Below the pieces are notes generated by a model, which made no database searches, was not told the origin of the DNA, and saw nothing but the letters and a program-made list of their open reading frames with translations. From contig NIVC01000037.1 of the NCBI GenBank assembly GCA_002269645.1, positions 806,001 to 870,000 of the forward strand: a stretch of DNA of 64,000 nt, read 5' to 3'. How positions within the stretch are numbered: the first letter of the stretch is position 1; the number at the start of each line of letters is the position of its first letter. This stretch comes from Macrostomum lignano (lineage: Eukaryota). Position numbers and translations under genes: made by a program. This document shows positions 1 through 12,646 of this stretch, in pieces.

Positions 1-75
1 TACACAAGCGCTGCCTGTTCGGGGAGTCCTGTATAGAGTAAAATGGTTGGAGCGGTTGGATGCTTAACACTCAAC

Positions 76-535
76 ACCCAAGCTTCACAATCCCCAAGCT
101 TCACAATCCTCAAGCTTCACAATCCCCAAGCTTCACAATCCCCAAGCTTCACAATCCCCAAGCTTCACAATCCCCAAGCTTCACAATCCCCAAGCTTCAC
201 AATCCCCAAGCTTCACAATCCCCAAGCTTCACAATCCCCAAGCTTCACAATCCCCAAGCTTCACAATCCCCAAGCTTCACAATCCCCAAGCTTCACAATC
301 CCCAAGCTTCACAATCCCCAAGCTTCACAATCCCCAAGCTTCACAATCCCCAAGCTTCACAATCCCCAAGCTTCGCAATCCCCAAGCTTCACAATCCCCA
401 AGCTTCGCAATCCCCAAGCTTCGCAATCCCCAAGCTTCACAATCCCCAAGCTTCACAATCCCCAAGCTTCACAATCCCAAGCTTCACAATCCCCAAGCTT
501 CACAATCCCCAAGCTTCACAATCCCCAAGCTTCAC
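76..535. repeat. 16-bp minisatellite (ccccaagcttcacaat)n
   Basis: Near-perfect tandem copies; explains ORFs 43-612 and 60-617. Confidence 0.95.
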
Positions 536-964
536 AATTCAAAGCCGACTTCAAACCAAACACACGGGCGAGTCAGCCATGCAGTCCAGATTGTCTCTCC
601 AGTACTCCATGACCTGACGCTTCCTCTCAGTCCTTCCCCTTCCATATTTGTCTGACTTCATCGGCCGCATACTGAATTAGAGTTGCGAATGGAAGGTGAA
701 TGAATTGAAGCGCAAGGCTATTTGGGATCGTGAATAATCACTCGCGTCCCGGATTTCGGATTTTGCGGGTTCATTGCCCAGCCTAAGGGGATGGCTCAGC
801 CGCTGCAGCTCTCGCCTAGCATTAGACAGTGAAAGTCAGTGAGAAGGGGAAAAAGAAAATCTTCCTATCTAAGAGAGGCTTTCAGGGAGTGGATAGAGGG
901 AGTATTCTCTATGCTATGAGATTTTTTAGGATAAGATTCTCTGTTCTTACAGGCAAGATTCTCT

Positions 965-1295
965 GGTGTAAGACTCTCAGATTGAATACTATCTAAGGGG
1001 TGAGACTCTCAGATTGAAGTCTATTAAAGAGTGAGACTCTCAGATTGAAGTCTAAGGGTGAGACTCTCAGATTGAAGTCTGTCTAAGGGGTGAGACTCTT
1101 AGGTTAAAGTTTATCTAAGAATGAGACTCTCAAATTCAAGCCTGTCTCAGGGGTGAGGCTCTCAGATTGAATTCTAAGGGTGAGACTCTCAGATTGAAGT
1201 CTAAGGGTGAGACTCTCAGATTGAAGTCTATTTAAGGGTGAGGCTCTCAAAGTAAACCCCCCATCTAAGGGTGAGACTCTCAGATTGAAGCCTCT
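965..1295. repeat. degenerate about 27-31-bp tandem (gggtgagactctcagattgaagtcta)
   Basis: About 10 diverged copies. Confidence 0.85.
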
Positions 1296-1689
1296 ATAAG
1301 GGGGGATTCGGTGATAAAGTATCCTCTGAGGTGAAGACTATTACGAGTAGTAGGTAAGCATATCTGCCATCAGTCTGCAGCTGCAACTCCTGAGCTCAGT
1401 GAAGCAATTAACTGAGTGAGAAAACAGTTGACCAGCAACTCGTATCGGTGTCAATCAGTGTGTTAAAGTTTTTCCAAATTAGCCAGGTGGCAAAGCCCCC
1501 TGCTGCGAATTGACAGGCCTGAGGCCGCAGCCGGCCATTGGCCAGACTGACTGGCCAATAGAAACCTGCCTGTCTTATCTAATAAATAGGCGCAGAGCTG
1601 GCAGTGTCTCTCGCACTTCAATATAGAAACTGATTGCCTGTTTTCTGTTTCACAGTCTTTTTTACTGATCTTTCTTTAAGCAGCAACCA

Positions 1690-4600
1690 ATGCAGGAGAT
1701 GCCGCCGCAGGAGCTGGAAATTCGGCCCTGGAAGATGCACAAGCAGCAGCAGCAGCAATTGCGGAGGAAGCGGCGTCTCTCCTGCGTTTCCCGATGGCTG
1801 ACGGAGCTGCGCTGGTACGCTGAGTCCGATTGCTCTAACGTACTTCACGGCAAGGCGCTGCCTTCGGCGACAGCGGCGGCAGCGGCGGCGGCTGCTGATG
1901 CGGACAGGCGGCGGCGAAGGCAGCGGCTGCCGGCCGCGGCCAGAGGTGAGGAGGGTCTGGTCCACCTCATATCTACTCAACTCTCCACCTCATATCTACT
2001 CATGTCTGTCTCCCAACTCTCCACCTCATATCTACTCAACTCTCCACCTCATATCTACTCAACTGTCCACCTCATATCTACTCAACTATCCACCTCATAT
2101 CTATACTCAACTGTCCACCTCATATCTACTCAACTGTCCACCTCATATCTACTCAACTGTCCACCTCATATCTACTCAACTGTCCACCTCATATCTACTC
2201 AACTATCCACCTCATATCTACCCAACTATCCACCTCATATCTACTCAACTGTCCACCTCATATCTACCCAACTATCCACCTCATATCTACTCAACTATCC
2301 ACCTCATATCTACTCAACTCTCCACCTCATATCTACTTAAATTCCATCTCATTTCTACCATACCATCGATTTCAGCCTCAATCGAGCTGCTGGACGTCAA
2401 GGCTCGAATTGCGCTAACGGAATTCAAGGAGCTTTATGAGTGAGTCAACTCTACCTGATGAACAACCCTAACTATTATTACCCACTAAAACCTCCAAATC
2501 AACTTCCAACCCCGAGCAGCAAGGCGGATCACCTGCCCGCGGCAAGTTTAGCGGAAGCTGTACAGACACTTTGCGGCTCCGCTGACAGCTTCATCAACGA
2601 GACCCTGGCTTTGTTGTTGCCATGCGGTGGAGCCGACATAGACGGTGTGAGTGCCTAATGCGCTTGCTCACCCACCCGCCTGTAGTCACACACTCAGTTC
2701 ACACAAGTGTTCAGCATTCACACTCTGCCTTTCTTTGTATTTTAATTAAACTGTTCATCCTTCCTCTCCCTGCCTCCCCATTCACTCTTTTCTCTCACTC
2801 TCTGTCTCCCATTAACTCTCTGTCTCCCATTCACTCTCTGTCTCCCATTCACTCTCTGTCTCCCATTCACTCTCTGTCTCCCATTCACTCTCTGTCTCCC
2901 ATTAACTCTCTGTCTCCCATTCACATTACCATAGCCAGGTGTGCGTGTCCACCTTCATCATCAGGCCTGTCTCTCTTTGGAGCAGACTATTTTAATTAGT
3001 CCAGCTACATCCCATCCCTTCATCGCCAGGTTTTATTCCCGAATCCCCCCAGTCTGCCCCCCCCCCCCGACTGTAGCGAAGTGAAAATTACTGTTGGCAA
3101 GAAAGAGAAAGAATCTTCCATTGAGAGGCAGCTGGGGGTTTAAACAAAAATCTCTTGATGAAGACGAACTGGCCTCGAATATGGATTCGTCAGACTTCTA
3201 TCTAATTCTATGCAAAATAAATTCGGTCTGTCTGAGCAGGCACGAGATAGCGCTGCAATATGCTCACTCTTGCCCAATAATTCCTCTTCACTTTTCTGTC
3301 TTCTCCCAAAAATAATCTTGGCAACGGTGGTCCAGTCACGACGTCAGTGCCCCTGTCGCTGAGATGAGGACTGAGAACTGAGATGCGGAATTCGGGAACT
3401 CATCAGGCGTGTTGTCCGCATCCCTGCTCTCTCTCAAACACACACATCCACACTCTCCCAAGCATCCCATCAACTCCATTGAGCTTAATCAATATATTTT
3501 ATCTGTCTTTTTGTCTTCCTAATTTTGACTCACATTCTAACTTCCTCCATGCCGGCCTCTCCTCCTCATCCCCTCTCTCCCTTATCCCCTCTCCCCTCAT
3601 CCCCTCTCTCCTCATCCCCTCTCTCCTCATCCCCTCTCTCCTCATCCCCTCTCCCCTCATCGCCTCTCCCCTCATCCCCTCTCTCCTCATCCCCTCTCCC
3701 CTCATCCCCTCTCCCCTCATCCCCTCATCCCTCATCCCCTCACCCTTCATCCCTCTCTCCCCCTCTCTACCCTCCCTCTCCCCCTCACTCCCTCTCTCGC
3801 CTCTCCTCCTCTCCTCCTCTCCCGCTTTTAATGTTTCCCCTCTTTATCTCTCCTCCTTCTCCCTCTCCCCCTCCTCCCTCTGCCCCTCTCCCTCTCCATC
3901 TCTCATTCACTCCTCCCCTCATCTTATCCCCCCCTCTCCTTCTCATCCTCCCTCTCTTCCCATCTCTAACTTTCGTTCACGTCGTCGCCCCCTCTCTCAC
4001 AAGGCCCATCTCTTCTTGTTTATTTTCCCTAGCAAATCAGCCCCCCCCCCTGAAATCCGAACATTCCCAATACCACTAAGCTATTAGTGTTGCTCACTCC
4101 AGCCCAGCACATGGTCCCCGTAGAAACTGGGCATCTGCAATCGAAAGTGCAGTTTGGCCAGCTGTAGGCTTACCCACTAGTGCTCGGGCAACTTCGGGCC
4201 ACTCAGCTTCACCGAATGATAAAGTCCCTCACCCTCTCCCATCATTTCCGAGCTCCCCACGCGCCAATCCCACTGTTGGGTTCATCCGACGCCCCTGTCT
4301 GCACGGCCCTCGCTTGATTCGCATGGACTGCTCCAGCGCTGGGGTCCATTTCCTATTGACTGGAAATAGAGCAGCCCGCCTGCCTGCCACCCACCGGGTC
4401 TGAGCACTTGTGCAGAACCTCCTCGAGCTAGCAAAGCTTTACTTAACTTGGTTGCTTTCGCTCTCTCATTCCACTCTCCGCTCTTCTCCTATCGCCTTCT
4501 CTCCTCTCTCTTCAGTCTCTTCACTGTTTTGTGCAATCTACTAATGCGAGTGTCTCTGAGAGACCGTGTTAGACGCTCATTGTGAACATGTTAGATACTC

Positions 4601-7600
4601 ACTGAGACAATGTTAGACGCTCACTGAGATAATGTTAGACACTCACCAAGACCATGTTAGACACTCACCAAGAAAATGTTAGACACTCACGTGTTAGACA
4701 CTCACCGAGATAATGTAAGACACTCACGTGTTAGACACTCACCGAGATAATGTTAGACACTCACGTGTTAGACACTCACCGAGATAATGTAAGACACTCA
4801 CGTGTTAGACACTCACCGAGATAATGTTAGACACTCACGTGTTAGACACTCACCGAGATAATGTAAGACACTCACGTGTTAGACACTCACCGAGATAATG
4901 TTAGACACTCACGTGTTAGACACTCACCGAGATAATGTAAGACACTCACGTGTTAGACACTCACCGAGATAATGTTAGACACTCACGTGTTAGACACTCA
5001 CCGAGATAATGTTAGACACTCACGTGTTAGACACTCACCGAGATAATGTTAAACACTCACCGAGATAATGTTAGACACTCACCGAGATAATGTTAAACAC
5101 TCACCGAGATAATGTTAGACACTCACCGAGATAATGTTAGACACTCACTGAGATAATGTTAGACACTCACTGAGATAATGTTAGACACTCACTGAGATAA
5201 TGTTAGACACTCACTGAGATAATGTTAGACACTCACAGACATAATGTTAGACACTCACTGAGATAATGTTAGACACTCACAGACATAATGTTAGACACTC
5301 ACAGACATAATGTTAGACACTCACTGAGATAATGTTAGACACACACAGACATAATGTTAGACACTCACAGACATAATGTTAGACACTCACTGAGATAATG
5401 TTAGACACACACAGACATAATGTTAGACACTCACTGAGATAATGTCAGATACTCACTGAGATAATGTTAGACACTCACCGAGATAATGTTAGACACTCAC
5501 CGAGATAATGTCAGACACTCACCGAGATAATGTTAGACACTCACCGAGATAATGTTAGACACTCACCGAGATAATGTCAGACACTCACAGACATAATGTT
5601 AGACACAAATTTGGAGTCGTTCACAGACAATTTCTTCACAACTCCGCGCTCCCTTTCAGATGAAGACTTTGGTGCATCAGCACTGCTGCAAGCTGCAACG
5701 TCAGGTCTCAAAAAGGTGAGCTCATTGACGATGTCCCTGCTTTTGCCAGGACTTAAGAACGGTCAACTTCCCTACTTAATTTCCCCTTTGATTTCGGAGA
5801 AATTAAGCACCACAGCCTTCCAGCATCCCCATTACTGATCTCCTACCGGATCTCCTTCATCTTCTAAATAGGCTTCTCTGCTCCTAAGCCGAAGCCTCTC
5901 TTTTTTTGGCCGGCAGTTTCTCACCGACACCCTCGCCAAGGAGAAAAATTTATCGAGAGCTTTCGGCTTGAGGGGGGGGGGCTCTCGAGAGAAGCAAGAC
6001 AGAGCGGACCGGAGAAGTTGGGCCAGTGTTTCCTTCCGTCTCCCTTTCACGCCTCCCCCATTTTCTTCCCAGCGAGGTCCGGCGTAAATCACACAGAAAT
6101 CCCCCTTGAAAAGCATTATCCCCTTTCTATCCCCTCCCTGTCTTTAGTTACTGATTAATGATGGTTGGTTGGCTGAGACTATTTTGCTGCAGTTCCGTAC
6201 TCACTCCGATACTTTATAGGGTTGGAATGCATTGTTGTTCTTTTTTTCGTTTCATTGAAAGACTCGTAACCTTAAAAATATGATTATATCGTTGGATAGA
6301 CAGGCTTGTAAGTTTTTATCAGTTCTCAGTTAGACACAGGGGTGTCAACTCTTAGGCACAAGGACAAGGCTCCATCATGTTAGACACAGGTTGTCCCAAA
6401 TTTTAGACACTGGCCTCTTACCTGTTGTTAGACATTTGTTCTCACCTGTTAGACCAGGGCCTTCCCTGTTGTTAGACATTTGTTCTCACCTGTTAGACTC
6501 AGGGCCTTCCCTGTTGTTAGACATATTATTCTCACCTGTTGGACACAGACATATCACCTGTTAGACACAGACATCTCACCTGTTAGACACAGACATATCA
6601 CCTGTTAGACACAGACATATCACCTGTTAGACACAGACATATCACCTGTTAGACACAGACATATCACCTGTTAGATACGGAAATATCACCTGTTAGACAC
6701 AGACATATCACCTGTTAGATACGGACATATCACCTGTTAGACACAGACGTCTCATCTGTTAGACACAGACATATCACCTGTTAGACACAGACATATCACC
6801 TGTTAGATACGGAAATATCACCTGTTAGACACAGACATATCACCTGTTAGATACGGACATATCACCTGTTAGACACAGACATATCACCTGTTAGATACAG
6901 ATACATCACCTGTTAGACACAGATATATCACCTGTTAGATACAGTCATATCACCTCTTAGATACAGACATATCACCTGTTAGACACGGACATATCACCTG
7001 TTAGACACAGACATATCACCTGTTAGATACAGTCATATCACCTGTTAGACACGGACATATCACCTGTTAGACACAGTCATATCACCTGTTAGATACAGTC
7101 ATATCACCTGTTAGATACAGACATATCACCTGTTAGACACAGACGTCTCATCTGTTAGACACGGACCTCTTACCTGTTGTTAGACATTTGTTCTCACCTG
7201 TTAGAGGCATAACTCTCACCTGTTTACTGCTTTCTAAACCTTGGCGCCAAACTCAGCCGCGGCGCCGCCTGTCTTTCTGGCGCCAAAAACGGCCACCAGT
7301 GTCGCGCCGTGCGCACCCGGCTCTCGCAAGCAGCCGAAGCCCTGGCCGGATTAGCGCGTCAGGCCATCCTGCAGCTGCTGGCCGGGCTGTCAGATGGCCT
7401 GGCCGAAGGCCAACTGGCGGCGGACGAAAACTGCGGACAGCGAAAATTCGGGGAGTTGACAGATCTGCACGCTCTGGCGCGGAAAGGGGAGAGATTCTGC
7501 GACCTAATTGCACAGGTGCGACATTGAGACCTTGGCTATTTAATATGATCTGTCATGCACCTGTTTTGTGTCTCTAATCTAATCATGCACCTGTTCTGTG

Positions 7601-10600
7601 TCTCTAATCTAATCATGCACCTGTTCAAATTTTCAGTCCGGCACGCTGGAGGCCCTGCTGAACTTCTGCGGTAGCCTCTCCAATTCAGCGGGTTGGCCGC
7701 TGGCCCTCCGCACCGTGTGCATCGTGTGCTGCACAGAGGAGGCGGTGCGCAGTTTTCATCAGGTATCGAGACTATTCGATTTTTTATGAAAGTTCATTCA
7801 CGCTTTTTTGTAATTTTAAACCAGAAATCGATACTCACTTCTTTAAGTAGCTGTCTTAACCCTCGGTAATTAACTATAAAATGGAGCGCAAAATCTCTTA
7901 AGAATCGCCCTCCAGTCTCACTGAGAGTCGCCCTCCAGTCTCAATGAGAGTCGCCCTCCAGTCTCAATGAGAGTCGCCCTCCAGTCTCAATGAGAATCGC
8001 CCTCCAGTCTCAATAAGAGTCGCCCTCCAGTCTCAATGAGAGTCGCCCTCCAGTCTCAATGAGAATCGCCCTCCAGTCTCAATGAGAGTCGCCCTCCAGT
8101 CTCAATGAGAGCCGCCCTCCAGTCTCAATGAGAGCCGCCCTCCAGTCTCAATGAGAATCGCCCTCCAGTCTCAATGAGAGTCGCCCTCCAGTCTCAATGA
8201 GAATCGCCCTCCAGTCTCAATGAGAGTCGCCCTCCAGTCTCAATGAGAGCCGCCCTCCAGTCTCAATGAGAGCCGCCCTCCAGTCTCAATGAGAATCGCC
8301 CTCCAGTCTCAATGAGAGCCGCCCTCCAGTCTCAATGAGAGCCGCCCTCCAGTCTCAATGAGAGCCGCCCTCCAGTCTCAATGAGAGCCGCCCTCCAGTC
8401 TCAATGAGAGCCGCCCTCCAGTCTCAATGAGAATCGCCCTCCAGTCTCAATGAGAGCCGCCCTCCAGTCTCAATGAGAGCCGCCCTCCAGTCTCAATGAG
8501 AGCCGCCCTCCAGTCTCAATGAGAGCCGCCCTCCAGTCTCAATGAGAATCGCGCTTCAGTTTCGGGCGCACGCATTTGAAATCAATTAGTGTTACAACGA
8601 GTTCCGCTTTGACTCAAAGGCATTATTCGGCTTTGACGCAAAATGAAGCCGGAATTAACATTAAAGGAATTAATCAGTTCATAGAGAAGGAATAATAATA
8701 ATTACAGAAAGGGCCCGGAGGCAGAGAGACGAGAGGAGAAAAAACCGGCCCAAGGAAGACCCAGTTTTAACTAGAAGTCCCATGGGAAAATCTACCCAAG
8801 GGAAGAACCGTACGGAAGGCGACCTACGGCTGTCCATTTTGGCCCAAATCTTCTCATGGCTGCTCAAAGGACTTTAAGAAGATGAATTTTCTGTTTAAGA
8901 TTGGATTGTGAAGGAATTGGTTAAAAACGTTGGGGAGAAACTGGTTGCAGAATTAGTTGCTGGGGCAATTTAGTTAGTTGCAAAAGTTCGACGAACATTT
9001 TTGTGCCGAAATATTCTTGCATGCTACGAGTAGTGCAGATTACTGCAACTCAAAAGTTGTAGGCGCATCTAGAGATCTAGTTAGATCTAGACGGGATGAT
9101 AATATTTTGAAGAGATTAGATTGTGAGATCGAGATGGACGAGAGATTCGGTTTGGGAATAGATTTTGTGAGATCTCGATAGATAGGGGAGAAATTAGATG
9201 TGAGAATATATTTAAATATCTAGAGAGAAAATTGTGAGATTAGATGAAGCGATCTAGTTGCTACAGGAATCAAGCGTGGATGCTGATGCAGCCAGCTGAA
9301 TAGGCTGCTGCGGGAACAAAAGTGCAGCTTCATTTAGATCCCCACTCGAGCTGCTCTCCCCTCCCCTTCCCGATTCCCGCGCCCCACCCTCTGACTCAAT
9401 TTCCCCCTCGCCTGGTCCCGCTCCCAGTTCCAGACGGCCTCTCGTTTGCCCCCCCCACCAGCGCGCCCTCAATTGACATTTCAAATCTTTCAAGCCAAGG
9501 AGCTCTAGATACAAATATCTGGACTGTGAGCTGTTCAAATGCTTTGTTTAAAGAAACACGAATGCAACTTATTTGTTTGTCATTTGTCAGCCTTTTCCCC
9601 TTAACATATAAGCGATCGATAATTTACAACTGACCCAACTCCAGAATGCAGAACTGGGGGATCTCCAGCTTGATCTGCTGGTCCCAATTTGTAGTCGGCT
9701 TGTCCACGCGGATGCAATTCCATTTTCTGTGTCCGCACGCGCTGCTGGGGTTTTTTTTAAATCCCCGGGAGGGAGGAGAAGGGAAGCTGGAAGCTTGCAG
9801 CTGGAGAATCCGGTAGGATTATGTCTGATCGGAGGGATCGGGGGGGCATGGGATGGGATGGAACATATTCGGGATATTAGCTGCAGCGGCCTCGGGATTC
9901 AAATGGCAGAGCATCGTGCTGACTGCTGCCCCGTTTGACCCCGATGGATATGATGGGGAAAAGCCGCTGCCTAATCCCCGGGAGCTGTAGCTAGCGGCCT
10001 TTGAAAATTGACTCTTTCCCCGGCCCCAGACAGCTCGTGAGCATAGCGCAGCCCTCGGTGAATAAGAGCAAGTGCAGCAGACACCCCCGCAGACAAATCA
10101 ATTTGGTTTTGAGCTGCCTGCCCTCTGAGCTGCCATGCACAGCATGCGGCTAGAAGTATTCTCAGAAAGATTATCTCTAGCGGAGATGGGACAGCCAGCT
10201 GAATTCCAATACATGTGCTGACAAACTTGTTATGTAAATTGATTTTTTACTAAGATTACCTTGCCCAGCTGAGCGAGAGGCAAGCAGTTTCTATATCTAA
10301 GAATCTTCTTGCGAAAACAGAGTGTACATGCCCGACGATTAGAAAGTCAGGGGCCGCTGTACACCCCGTGTGAGCGTCTGCATGCCCATCGAAATAAGTA
10401 AATAGCTGTAAACTAATAAAATTTTGAGTTTAACCAGACATTTGCAAACAAAAATTCAATACTATTTTATTCTTATTTTATTTGTTTGTTTTTAAATACA
10501 AAAATTGTTTGGCGCAAATTTAAAGCTGAATTGCTAGTCGCGTCGAATAAATTACCTATAAGTAATAAATCCATTCTAGTCCAACGGCTTGGCCCGAGTC

Positions 10601-12260
10601 GCAGCGTTGCTTAGCAACCAGGCCAGCTCGGAGTCCGTCCGAGCCGAAGCAGCCGGAGTTGTCGCCCAGGTGAGCCAGCCGGGACTGCCGGGCCGCTGCC
10701 AGGACCTCCTGCTGGGCGCACTGGTGCCCGACACCGACAGGCTGATCCGGGCGCTCACCAGTGAGTAAAAGTGCACTGGCAGCATTTTTTCAAATACGAT
10801 TTGTGCCGATATTTATCGAAACAAGGAAGAACATTTCGGCACTTTCTGGACAAGAAAGCTTTTTTCTGTTCATAGCATGGCATATTCTTTGTGCATCAGA
10901 GTAGAAATCTTGATATTGAGCAGTTAGCCACTGCTCAACAATGGCCTCCTACAACACATGAAGACTTCTAATTAATAATTAATCAGATTCCCGGGATAAA
11001 ACCCATATTATCTAGATTTGCCGTCGTAAATTTCGTCTGGAGAATACTATAATAGTAATAAGATAGTGGATAGGAATATATTGAAGACTCTTAGCTCTTT
11101 AGTTGGAATCGTTGGAACCCTTGCGCTCCTTGTGCAGACGTTCTTGGAGTTCAGTAAGCTGCTTTCAGTGGTCTGTAACGGCGGATCTGTATCTGTTAAT
11201 AATAACTGAGTACACCTGCCCCAAAGGGCAGATGTGCAACCGACAGCTCAGCCGCAGCTATTGCGCGGCGCATCTGAAGGCTGAGTACGGCTGTTCAGTC
11301 CAAGGACTGGGGGTGGGGGGACCACACAGCCTCAATTACCCCAGCTAATGCTGGCACCCATTTTACAGCTGGGTGAACTGAAGCAATACAGAGTTAAGTG
11401 TCTTGCTCAAGGACACAAATTGTTCCGAGTGGATTGAGAATCGAACCCCCGACCTTTCACTCGTTAGTCCGATGCTCTAAACCACTAGGCTACAACCCCC
11501 TTGGTATTATAATGTTACCCACAGAGACTACTCAAACACTTTGAGTAGTCCCTAGTTACCCGTTGCTAAGCCGTAGCTGCGCGGTAACAGCACAACGATT
11601 GCTAAGCTGTAACGATTGATAGAATCGCGGATATCATAGCAAAATCGCACATTTACTTTTAACTCTGCCGCAGGACTGTGCCAGCAGACAGCCAGTCCGG
11701 AAGCTTTCCTACTTGGCGCGGCCGCTTTGGCTAACATCAGCCAAGTCAGCCTGGCCAGTCACGATTACATGCGGCGTCATGCTACTGTCCGAGTGTTGGT
11801 GTTGGCATGCCAGCAAGGCAAGGCTAGCAGTGCTCAGGCCCGCGACCAGGTGGCGGCGGTGCTCGCCAACGCGGCATCCATCAGCGGCCAGGCCAGCGAG
11901 CTGACCAGAGCAAATGCGGCCTCGCAGTTCCTCAGCGAGCCGTCGCTGTCAGCGGCCTGCGAACAGCTTCAACAGAGAGCAGCTACCGCGGTCGGCCGGC
12001 TAGCGAAAGATCCTGGCAGCGCGCAGGTTCTGCTAGAGCTGGGCGCGCACAGACGACTCGTGCAGCTCTGTCGCCATCCCGAAGAGCGGCGTTGCTCCGA
12101 TTCCGTCCTGCTGGCCGCTCTGGCCGCCCTACGGCTGCTGCACGACGCCTGCGGACCGGCGGCCTTCCGTCGACGTTATCTGGCCGAATTGGTGCGGCCT
12201 CGTCTGCTCGGAGCGCTGGCTTCTTGCTCCCAGCTGCAGGAGTCCCTCTGCCACTCCTAG
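1690..12260 (+). CDS. insc: Inscuteable (spindle-orientation adaptor), 7 coding exons, about 518 aa
   Basis: Exons with GT/AG ends and consistent phase: 1690-1945, 2376-2439, 2520-2646, 7300-7515, 7637-7762, 10580-10760, 11674-12260 (1557 nt). N-terminal SCVSRWLTELRWYAESDCSNVLHGKALP resembles the LGN/Pins-binding segment of vertebrate INSC (SVQRWMEDLKLMTECECMCVLQAKP, recalled). Also LALRTVCIVCCTEEAV, SESVRAEAAGVVAQVS, EAFLLGAAALANIS and ACEQLQQRAATAVGRLAKDP...SDSVLLAALAALR...LVRPRL match recalled INSC blocks. The exon 4 acceptor (7300) is the least certain; an AG at 1679-1680 implies an upstream exon or a trans-splice site. Confidence 0.9.
1960..2340. repeat. 23-bp minisatellite (ccacctcatatctactcaactgt) filling insc intron 1
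   Basis: Tandem copies between the donor at 1946 and the acceptor at 2375. Confidence 0.95.
2790..2925. repeat. 18-bp tandem (cactctctgtctcccatt)
   Basis: About 7 copies. Confidence 0.9.
3560..3960. repeat. 15-bp tandem (cctcatcccctctct) grading into CT-rich low complexity
   Basis: Visible periodicity followed by a pyrimidine tract. Confidence 0.85.
4560..5605. repeat. 22-bp minisatellite (gttagacactcaccgagataat) with a compound 37-bp sub-block
   Basis: Tandem copies; alternation with gttagacactcacgt at about 4680-5040. Confidence 0.95.
6400..7205. repeat. 22-bp minisatellite (gttagacacagacatatcacct)
   Basis: Tandem copies sharing gttagacac with the 4560-5605 array. Confidence 0.95.
7900..8550. 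repeat. 23-bp minisatellite (cgccctccagtctcaatgagagc)
   Basis: Near-perfect tandem copies in the insc intron. Confidence 0.95.
10320..10388 (+). mobile_element. 3' fragment of second SINE family in insc intron
   Basis: gagtgtacatgcccgacgattagaaagtcaggggccgctgtacaccccgtgtgagcg matches the tails of the copies at 23451 and 24424. Confidence 0.55.
11213..11500 (-). mobile_element. tRNA-derived SINE with CORE/V-type central domain, copy 1
   Basis: Minus strand has A box (tagcctagtggtt) and B box (ggttcgattc), then gtgtccttgagcaagacacttaac…cagctgtaaaatggg, similar to the MIR/CORE consensus. A near-identical copy lies at 56050-56335. Confidence 0.8.
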
Positions 12261-12640
12261 CCTTTGACAGCCTGGCAAATTACTTGTACATTATTATCTG
12301 TTTTTTGGATTCCCCCCGCACGAGCATGGGCGTAGCATAATGAAAGCGTACATGTAAGTGGATCGGACGTATGCTCAAATTCCAAATAGTGCAAGTGAAA
12401 CTATATAATCCTTTTGTATAGCATGTACATGTAGCATGTAGTATTTTTATTTTTTTCATCGAGAGATTCCAGTGTGTGTACCATCGTGTCAACTATCAAG
12501 ATATACTCACCCATATTCGCAAGCACGATCTACATGTCCATGAGCTGCATGTAGCTGCACCTGACCTATATACTTCAGTCATTACCCTGCAGTCATTGCC
12601 AAAAGCTGTGAATTTTAGCACGTATAAAGTATTTCTTTTG

Positions 12641-12646
12641 AATAAA
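12641..12646 (+). promoter_or_regulatory. candidate polyadenylation signal of insc
   Basis: AATAAA about 380 nt after the insc stop, followed by T-rich sequence. Confidence 0.4.

Noticed and set aside
43-617. Repetitive ORFs (PQASQSPSFTIPKLHN)n
   Set aside because: Translations of a 16-bp minisatellite, open in several frames.
4560-8550. Regularly spaced repeats as a possible CRISPR array
   Set aside because: Units are head-to-tail with no unique spacers, the context is a eukaryotic intron, and no cas genes are present.
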